A stretch of DNA of 64,000 nt from Rebecca billardiae RCC1528 (taxonomy: Eukaryota > Protista > Haptophyta), in NCBI GenBank assembly GCA_965240325.2, contig OZ251226.1:2976001-3040000 (forward strand), written 5' to 3'. Shown here piece by piece: positions 55,701 to 64,000 of the stretch. The notes beneath the pieces were generated by a model that was not told where the DNA came from, ran no database searches, and saw only the letters and a program-made list of their open reading frames with translations. The position numbers were made by a program, and so were the translations under genes. Each line of letters starts with the position of its first letter. The first letter of the stretch is position 1.

Positions 55701-57817
55701 CACCTCGCCGAGTCGTGGATGTCCAAGCTCGAGCGGCTGTGCGAGGAGATCACCATCGACCGCGCGCACGGCGAGTTCCGGCTGTGGCTCACGTCGGCGC
55801 CGTCCGCCAAGTTCCCGCAGGTCGTGCTGCAGAACGGCATCAAGATGACGCAGGAGCCGCCCAAGGGGCTCAAGGCCAACGTGGCAGGCTCGTACCAGAC
55901 GCTCTCCGAGGCGTACTTCGAGGCGTGCAACAAGCCGGACGTGCTGAAGAAGATGGTGTGCGGCCTCTACTTCTTCCACGCCGTCATCCAGGAGCGGCGC
56001 AAGTTCGGGCCGCTCGGGTGGAACATCCCGTACGAGTTCAACCAGTCAGACCTGCGCATCTGCGTGCGCCAGCTGCAGATGTACCTCAACGAGTTTGACG
56101 AGGTGCGCGCGCGCGCGCGGCGGGGGCGCGCGCGCGCGCGCGCGGCGCCGGGCGCGCGCCGACGCTCACGCGCGCGCGCGCGCGCGCACGCGCCGCGCGC
56201 CCGGCGCCGCGCAGGTGCCGTACAAGGCGCTGTCGTACATGGTGGGCGAGCTCAACTACGGCGGGCGCGTGACGGACGACAAGGACCGGCGGTGCATCAT
56301 GAACATCCTCGCCGACTTCTACACGCCCGACATCCTGGAGGACGGCTACCGCTTCTCCGAGGCGCCGCAGTACTACGCGCCCTCCGCCGAGGCCAGCCTC
56401 GACGAGTTCCGCGAGTACGTGCGCCAGCTGCCCATCAACGACCCGCCTGAGGTCTTCGGGCTGCACGCCAACGCCGAGATCTCGAGCGCGCGCGCCGAGT
56501 CGTTCGAGCTCTTTGCGACGCTGCTCTCGCTGCAGCCGCGCTCGGGCGGCGGCGGAGGCACGTCGCCCGAGGAGGTGGTGGGCAGCGTGGCGCGCGACAT
56601 CGAGTCCAAGGTCGCGGCGCCGTGGCCCATCGACGAGGTGCGCGCGCGCGCTCCTGCGCGCCGGCCGCGCGCGCGCGCCCGAGCGCCTCACCCGCCGCCG
56701 CGCCGCCACCCCTCGGCGCGCCGAACCGCCGCCCGCTGCCGTGCCGCTGGCGCTGCCTGCCGCTCAGGTGATGGAGAGGTACCCGACGGAGTACCTCGAG
56801 TCGATGAACACGGTGCTCGTGCAGGAGCTCACGCGGTACAACAAGCTGCTTGCCGTCATCCGCACGTCGCTGAGCAACGTGCAGAAGGTGCGCGCCGCGC
56901 TCGGCGGCGCCTCTGGCCCGCGGCCGCGGCGCGGTGACGCGACGCGGTGGGGAGCTCACGGGACGCGCGCCCGCGCGGTGCGACCGCCTTGCCTGCCTGC
57001 GCCGCCGCCGCCTCCTCGCGCAGGCGATCAAGGGCCTCGTCGTGATGAGCTCAGACCTCGAGGAGGTGTTCAACGCCATCTTCAACAACCAGGTGCGTCT
57101 CCGCCCGCGCCCGCCGCGCGCCCGCCCGCACATCCGCCCCCCGACCCGCGCGCGCGCGCGCTCGCAGCCCTCAACTCACGCCTCGCGCGGTGCGGTGCGC
57201 TCGACCGCCGACTGGCGTCCGCGCCGCAGGTGCCGACACTATGGGCGAGCAAGGCGTACCCGTCGCTCAAGCCGCTCGGCAGCTGGGTGGTCAACCTGGT
57301 GCAGCGCGTGGACTTCTTCCAGCACTGGGTGGACACGGGCAAGCCGTCGCTCTACTGGATCTCCGGCTTCTTCTTCACGCAGTCGTTCATCACGGGCACG
57401 CGGCAGAACTACGCGCGCAAGCACGGCATCGCCATCGACCAGCTCAACTTCCACTTCGACGTGATGAGCACCATCCCGACGGACGGCTCGTCGATGCCGC
57501 CGGAGGAGGGGTGCTACATCCACGGGCTGTACCTCGACGGCTGCCGCTGGGACGCGACCCACGAGGTGCTCGGCGAGTCGGAGCCCAAGGTGCTCTACTC
57601 GGAGGTGCCGGTGATCTGGCTGAAGCCGACCACAAACCCGATCCCGACGGAGCGCGTGTACGAGTCGCCCGTGTACCGCACCTCGGCTCGGAAGGGGACA
57701 CTGTCGACAACGGGCCACTCCACCAACTTTGTGCTGTTCATCCTGCTGCCGTCGGACAAGCCGCAGAAACACTGGGTCAAGCGCGGCGTGGCCATGCTGT
57801 GCGCGCTGGACGACTGA
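43773..57817 (+). CDS. Axonemal inner-arm dynein heavy chain (DNAH1-like), about 4420 aa; exons 43773-43859, 43961-44082, 44249-56102, 56215-56637, 56768-56887, 57024-57092, 57230-57817
   Basis: RLVITPLTDRCY; P-loops GPAGTGKT, GETFSGKT, GPTGTGKS, GVGGSGRT; WACFDEFNRI; stalk; C-terminal TTGHSTNF...HWVKRGVAML. Six GT-AG introns give 13263 nt in frame. Confidence 0.96.
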
Positions 57818-58107
57818 ATCACTGATTCGCGTGCGGGGCGAGTAGCAGCCGCGTGTCAGTGCCTTCAGTATCTTTCTCCTCACGTCTGACGATGCCGGAT
57901 GAATGGCAGAGCGTCGTCCGCAGGGCGACGTGTGTACTATCATAGAAGGGGCTCCGATCCGCGGGTGGCAGAGTAGCGCGAGAGCAGTCACGCCATCGGC
58001 GACGGTCGGTCCGCCATCGTACATCGTTGATCGATTGTACCGATCTGTAGTCTGTACTAGGTATGGGGTCATGGCCACTCATGGGGGTAACACGTACAAT
58101 TAATCGG

Positions 58108-58400
58108 TCATGGATACGGTCCTAGGAGCGTACTCTGATTCTCACGCTCTCCTTCAGTGGGCCGCGGGCGCGAAGGTCGTACTGTACGTTCGGCGGAGGT
58201 CGTAGACTCAGAATCTCTAGTCGCACCGAGTTGCGTCAATTGCTCAAAGGGCCGAACCTCTCCCTTGTCGTCAAGAAGCTCACGCGCCACAGAGATTGCG
58301 TTATTGAGTATCCTGTGCTCCAAAACGGCCGTGATCTTCGCGAGCTTTCTCACAATCTCACCGCATTATTGCGACCAGAAGGGCGGCCTCGTCGCGCGCC
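58108..58400 (-). pseudogene. Possible decayed L1/Tx1-like ORF2 C-terminal fragment
   Basis: PPFWSQ*...NAISVARELLDDKGEVRPFEQL loosely resembles the P.W.N...GI..V.DL.D..G....F..L pattern of L1/Tx1 ORF2 tails; internal stop present. Confidence 0.25.
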
Positions 58401-58485
58401 AAGGCGCCAAGCGGCTGATTTGATTGGGACGTGAGCCATTCGTTGCCGACGCCGACTCGCCGATTGCCGACGCCCGTCGGCGGAG

Positions 58486-61400
58486 ATGGTTCGGCTGCTC
58501 GGAGTCGCGGTCGTGCTCGCGTGCGCCGGTCAAGCGGTCGCGAAGCACACCTCGGCGCCCTCGAACACGCCGCCGCCCGCCGCTTCGCCGCCCGACGCGT
58601 GCCTGTACGCCATCCCGGGCACGGACACGTGCGTGTGCAAGCTCGCAGACTGCCAGTCGGGCTGTGATAAGACCTTCGTCGGCGACTGCCTGTGCGCGGC
58701 GAGCGGCTGCTCGCACCCGTCTCCGAAGCCGCCACCGGCGCCCGTCCCCCCGCCGCCACTCGCCCCGCCCCCCGTCCCTCCGCTCTCGCCGACGCCCCCG
58801 CCGCCGCCGCCCGCGCCCAAGGGCGAGTTTGCGTCGCGCAAGCCTCTGAGCACGGTGCTGCCGTCGGACCTGGGCGTGCCCACCGTCGATCGCAAGGGCG
58901 TCACGGCGCCGTTCTCAACGCGCTGGACCTCCGACCGCGCCACCCACCCCACGGGCACGTGGTGGCTCAACCTCGTCAACTGCGACCCGCCGGGCGACCC
59001 GATCTCCAAGCTGGGCGGCGAGGTGGCGTGCAACGTCCACCTCGTGCCGTACGTGGTGTGGCCGAACGCGTCGGGGCTGCTCTTCGCGCTGCCGTACGTG
59101 CAGGCGCAGGGTAACAACCTCGCCAACATGTTCGGCGACACGATCTCCGTGCCCCTCTTCCTCGGCGCCGCGCACGACCAGCCGTCGGACGGCCCCGGCT
59201 GGGCCGAGGCGGGCTACGACGACCTCACCGTGACCCTCCGCTGGGCCGCGCTCAACATGAGCACGCCGCTCGCGCGCGGCTCGCCGTACATCACGGCCAA
59301 CGCGTCGGGCACGCACCTCCGCCTCTCCTCCGAGCAGCAGGTCCGCTCCATCTCGACGGACGGCGGCTCGCAGTGCGAGGCGGGCGAGTGCGACGGCGTC
59401 AAGGTGGGCGGCTCTCGCATCGAGCTGTCGCTCGCGCAGTCCGACGAGACGTGGGTGGTGTACGCGGTGCCGCCGGTGGTCTTCGAGGTGTCGGCCACGC
59501 TCGGACCCGCGCCCGAGACCTCCGTCTTCGGCGGCAACACCGTCCTCGTCACCTCGGGCAAGTGGTCGGGCGTGCTGCGCATCGCGCTGCTCGACGCGTG
59601 CACCACGGGCTCCTCGCCCGCGCACTGCAAGCCCGACGATGCGGCGTGGGCCGCGGACGACGGGGGCGACGAGGGCGGCGCGGACGTACGCGACCCGAAG
59701 CGCATGGCCAAGCTCCTCGACGCGCACGCGGACGTCTACCCCGTCGGCGGCGGCGTCGACTTCCGCATCGACCACGGCTCCGAGGTCGGCGGCGCAGACG
59801 GCGAGAAGCGCGGTGCCAAGGGCGAAGACGCAGAGGGCGCCGTCGTGCTCCGGTACAGCTGGGACACGCGCAGCATGAAGGCGGGCGGCGCGGCCCCGAC
59901 GACGAGCATGTACGCCACGACCCCGCCGCCCTCGTCGGCGCTGCTGTTCAGCATGATCCCGCACCACATCGCGCTGCTGCCCGACGAGGCGGCGGCGCAG
60001 GCGGCGGGCGTGCAGCGCACCGGGCTGGGCCACCGCTCGGTGCACGGGCTGGGCGAGTACGTGGTCGGCGTGCGCTGGGAGCTGCGCGTGCCGCTGGTGA
60101 AAGCGGAGTGGCACGCGCCGCGCCCGCCGACGCAGAGCCGCCTCGCCGCGCTCAAGGCCGAGCTCGCCGCCGAGGCCGACTGGTCGCCGCCCCCCAACTA
60201 CCTGCGCGGCGCGGGTGACGGCTACAACGCGGGCAAGCTCCTGTCGCGCATGGCGCGCACCGCGCTGATCGCCGAGGCTCTCGGCGAGGAGGAGGTGGCG
60301 AAGAAGGTGGGCACGCGGCTGGCGCAGCTGGTGCACGTCCAAGCGGTCGAGGGCGGGGCCAACCAGTGGATCTGGGACCGCACGTGGGGCGGCATCATCA
60401 GCTGCGGTGCGCCGCCGCGCCGCTCGCGCCGCGCCGCTGCGCCGCGCCGCTCGCGCCGCGCCGCGTGCGCAGCCCACTCGCTCGACTGACGCGCCCCGCC
60501 CCGCCGCGCCGCCACGCCACGCCGCCAGGCTGCGACTACGACGACTGCCAGGGCAAGTGCGTCGGCACGTGCAAGAACGCGTTCCCCAACTGCCCGAGCC
60601 TCGCCGACCCCGGCCGCGACTTTGGCAACGCCTTCTACAACGACCACCACTTCCACTGGGGGTGCGCGCGCGCACACTGCGCGCACACGCGCGCGCCGCA
60701 CACGCGCGCGCCGCACACGCGCGCAGCGGGCGGGCGCGGGGCGGGCGGATGGCGCGGGCGCGCGCCGCGCGCCGGCGGGAAAGGCGGCGCGGCGCGTGTG
60801 CTCACGCGGCTCGCATCCCCGCCGCGCGCGCGCGCACGCCCCCCCCCCCCCGTGCGCGCAGCTACCACGCGTACGCTGCGGCGGTGGCCGCGCGCTTTGC
60901 GCCGGCGTGGGCGAGCGCCAACCGCGAGCACCTGCTGCTGCTGGCGCGCGACATTGCTAGCCCGTCCGCGGACGACCCCGCCTTCCCCAAGGCGCGGCAC
61001 AAGGACTGGTGGATGCACGTCTCGTGGGCCTCGGGCATCGCGCTCGCGGGCGCGCTCCCGTACCGCAACGGGCGCAACCAGGAGTCTTCCTCTGAGGCGG
61101 TGAACGGCTACTATGGCGTCGCGCTGCTCGGGAAAGCGCTGCAGGACCGCGCGCTGGAGGAGGTCGGGCTGGCGCTGCTCTCGACCGAGGTGCACGCCGC
61201 GCGCACGTACTACCACGTGCGCACGCCCTCGCAGATCTACACCCCCGCCATGGCCACCAACGCGATGGTGGGCATCCTGTGGCAGAACCTCGCGCAGTAC
61301 CAGACGTGGTTTGGGCCCGCGGCCTACCTCGTGCACGCGATCCAGATCATCCCGGTGACGCCGGTGACGGAGGCGCTCTTCGACCCGGAGTTCGCGCGCG

Positions 61401-61981
61401 CCGAGTGGCCCGTCCTCGCGGACTCGTGCGCGCAGGTCGAGCGCTGCCAGGTCGAGGGCTGGTCGCCGTTCGCCACGATGGCGCGCGCGATCGTCGAGCC
61501 GGACGAGGCGTTCGAGGAGTGCATGAGCACGCCCAACGGCAGCTTCAGCAAGGACTCGCCCGCGGGCAACGGCAACTCGCGGCTCAACACGATGTACTGG
61601 ATCGCCACGCGGCCCAAGCACAAGGACCCCAAGGGCGGCGCGTGGGTGCGGCTGGCCGACGCGGCGCCGGCGCCGGCGCGCGCGGTCGGTGCGCTGCCCC
61701 GCGTCGCCTCGGCGCTCTTCTCCCCGTTCCGCATCGCCATCGGCGCCGCCTTTGTGCTCGCGGCGGTCGCGCTCGCGGCGCGCAAGCTCAAGCTCACGTT
61801 GGCGCACACCACGCGCGGGCAGTGGCGCGCGGCCTCGGCCAAGTCGTCAGCCGAGGACACGATGGAGGAGCACCTCCTCGTGCACCCGCAGTCCTCGCCC
61901 GAGGCCGGGCAGGCGGCCGCACAGCGGATGCAGCCACATCATGTCGCTGCGGCTGCTGCTGACTACCATCGTCAGCCTTAG
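58486..61981 (+). CDS. GH81 endo-1,3-beta-glucanase with signal peptide, Cys-rich/Pro-rich N-terminus and C-terminal TM; exons 58486-60406, 60529-60661, 60862-61981
   Basis: PTGTWW, PLARGSPYIT, DFGNAFYNDHHFHWGY, NGRNQESSSEAVNGY, MVGILW; two GT-AG introns give 1057 aa. Confidence 0.93.
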
Positions 61982-62099
61982 CCGTAGGCATGCACTGCTG
62001 ACTGCTCAGACGACTGGCTACTGCTATCAGTATCTGCTGCGCTAGCTAGACTCTGTGCAGTCAGGCTCGACTCCGTGCTGGCGGCCCGTGCGCTGAGTG

Positions 62100-64000
62100 C
62101 TGATAGCCTGGTCCAAACGCACTGGAGCACTTTCGGGGATTTTATCGCCAAATGAACGCGGGCCCCTAGGCACGCGCTCACACCCGGAAACAGCGTAACA
62201 AATGGGCCCAGCCCGGGCGCAGCAAAAGTTTCGGCCTAAAAATCGCATCCGTGGCCCGTCGTGAGCGTGCGCGCGCGCGCCGCGGACAACTACGGACACA
62301 TAGAGAATCGTCAGTCCGAATGTGGGTAAGTACTTAGCCTAAATGAGCCCAAACGCACGAACTTACTTATTGGCGTACGTCGAGGCGAGCATGAACCCTG
62401 GTACAGGCCATTACGGGATGGGCTGTGGTCTGTGCACAAGTGGCCGTACTCAACTACTGCAAGATCGACTATATTACCCATTTATACCCGCATATTATGG
62501 ACAATGTACCCGCATACGTATGAGTTCTGGACCTGCATAATTAAAATACCACTATGTCGTTACATATTCGCCATAGGTGGGTAGCTGTCCCAGGCTGCAC
62601 GATTAGTGCGGCGCTCGGGGTGCAGTGGTCGGACGAGGCTCCGCCTGGCCTTCCGCGCACTCCTGCAGACAAGAAGAGGGCCGGACTCCCACCCGGCCAG
62701 GCGTGCGGCAGTCGGTCAGGTGCTGGACCTGGTCTGGAGACCATCTCCTGCGTGGCAACTGGCCGATCTGCGGCACAACGCGCGCCGCCGTGAGCCACAC
62801 GGCAGGTTCGCAATGGATCCGGATCGCGTGTCCATGGCGGCGTGCATCGAGTATTTCAAGCTGTCAAGTCGCGTGCCACGCCCGCCCTTTCACTTGGGGC
62901 ATCAGTACTGCCTACAACGACGACATGTGCGTCCTTAGATGAGGCATAATCGCGATTCTAGCTGCCCGTCCAAGGGTCAGATCGCACGTCTTTGCTCGCC
63001 CGACAGCCTCAACGGCGGACTGGTGTGATCCGCGGGTGACGATGCGACCGCTTCGAGTGCGCCTACGGCCACCACCGGGGTGGGGATCGTTCATGGGCAC
63101 CCTCTGCGTGCCATGACATGCTCTGGCCTTGCGTGGTGACTTGGCCCACCGCGCGTAAACGGGAAAGACACCCGAGCACGTGCTTCCGAGCCACCCGAAT
63201 GGCACAATGTGCCACCCATGGACACCAAACACGTGCCAGAGCGCGAGCCTTGCGTGCTGGAGTAGCCGCACGACACCAAGGAAGACGTATGAGCGCTCTC
63301 AACCATCTTCAAGCGACGACTCCGTCGACTCTGCCTCGCAGACCGCGGTACGATCCTCGACCTTGTGCTCGCAGCAAAGGCCATGACGGTAAAGCAGCAC
63401 CCAGGCGATGGGAGTCAGCCGGCAGCCACTACACTGCGACTGTACACACCCAGCCCCGCAAGGCGAGCCATCCTGCTCGCCACCAGCCCGTCATACAGCT
63501 CCACGAGGAGCACAAATCGACAGCCGCCGCTCAGGACGACCCATGCGCAAACGTGACGGGACTGGCCGGATGAAGCGTTGGCGATGCGCAGCGCGCCCAA
63601 CGCTGGTGGTGGCATCGAGTACATGCTAGGGGTAGGCGGTGGCCCACACGAGCCGTCGCGTGGCCCGCATATTACCCGAGGTGGCCCGTCTCGAAGGCGC
63701 CGCGCAACCCAGCAGGTGAGCGTTCGACGCGCGCCGTCAGGCGAGAAGTCGACCTGGCGACGGACCGCGGGCGGCGGAAGCAACGCAGACATGTCGCTCA
63801 AGGTGTGCACGCACACCACCGGGGCACCCGAACGATGTGTCCAGCACTACACCTGACATGAGCGGCGCAGTCGTCCAGTCGAGGCTCTCGAGCCCCTTCC
63901 CGACCTTCGTCGCGGCGAGCCGTCGGACGGCCGGTGGCGATTTTTGACGAGCGCGACGAGCGACCGGAAAAATCGGGAGAAATCAGGCGCCCAAAATCCG
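62100..64000. other. Lower-GC unassigned region, possibly a decayed transposable element
   Basis: No host-like codon bias; short stop-interrupted frames; short A/T tracts near 62130-62250 and 63940-64000. Confidence 0.3.

Noticed and set aside
44064-55979. 3971-aa antisense ORF opposite the dynein
   Set aside because: Shadow frame caused by extreme GC3 codon bias; the translation has no domain motifs.
56103-57229. Frameshifted or pseudogenised dynein 3' end
   Set aside because: All frame changes are explained by four GT-AG introns that restore conserved sequence.
58190-58230. tRNA-like 3' half (gaggtcgtagactcagaatctctagtcgcacc)
   Set aside because: No GTTCRA T-loop and no cloverleaf could be built.

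Overview
This is very GC-rich eukaryotic nuclear DNA with compact genes and short, extremely GC-rich spliceosomal introns (donor mostly GTGCGC, one GC-AG). It encodes an axonemal dynein, so the organism is flagellated. Overall style suggests a haptophyte, possibly Pavlovales (inference). About 19 protein-coding genes are supportable: a Pro-rich extensin-like membrane protein (5' partial), an EamA/DMT transporter, a tail-anchored CS-domain protein, a JmjC hydroxylase, a TIR/HET-like-ankyrin-YEATS protein, NDUFAF5, a vWA protein, a multipass-membrane-PI-PLC fusion, an ShKT-KDEL-receptor-like fusion, an MFS transporter, three large glycosyltransferases (GT29-GT29-GT32-like, tandem GT77/RRA-like, GT2), an ABM-domain protein, an MDR oxidoreductase, a Fuseless-like membrane protein, an inner-arm dynein heavy chain and a GH81 beta-1,3-glucanase. 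Intergenic DNA holds a dispersed 52-bp TA|CAG-ended TIR-like family (at least 6 copies), many TACAGTA/TACTGTA footprint-like motifs, a perfect 441-bp tandem duplication, (GA)n microsatellites and a probable RLE-type retrotransposon remnant. The strongest novelty candidates are the membrane-domain-PLC fusion, the TIR-like-ANK-YEATS protein, the ShKT-ERD2 fusion, the glycosyltransferase cluster and the TIR/footprint system. All domain calls are motif recognition by eye; no database searches were run.
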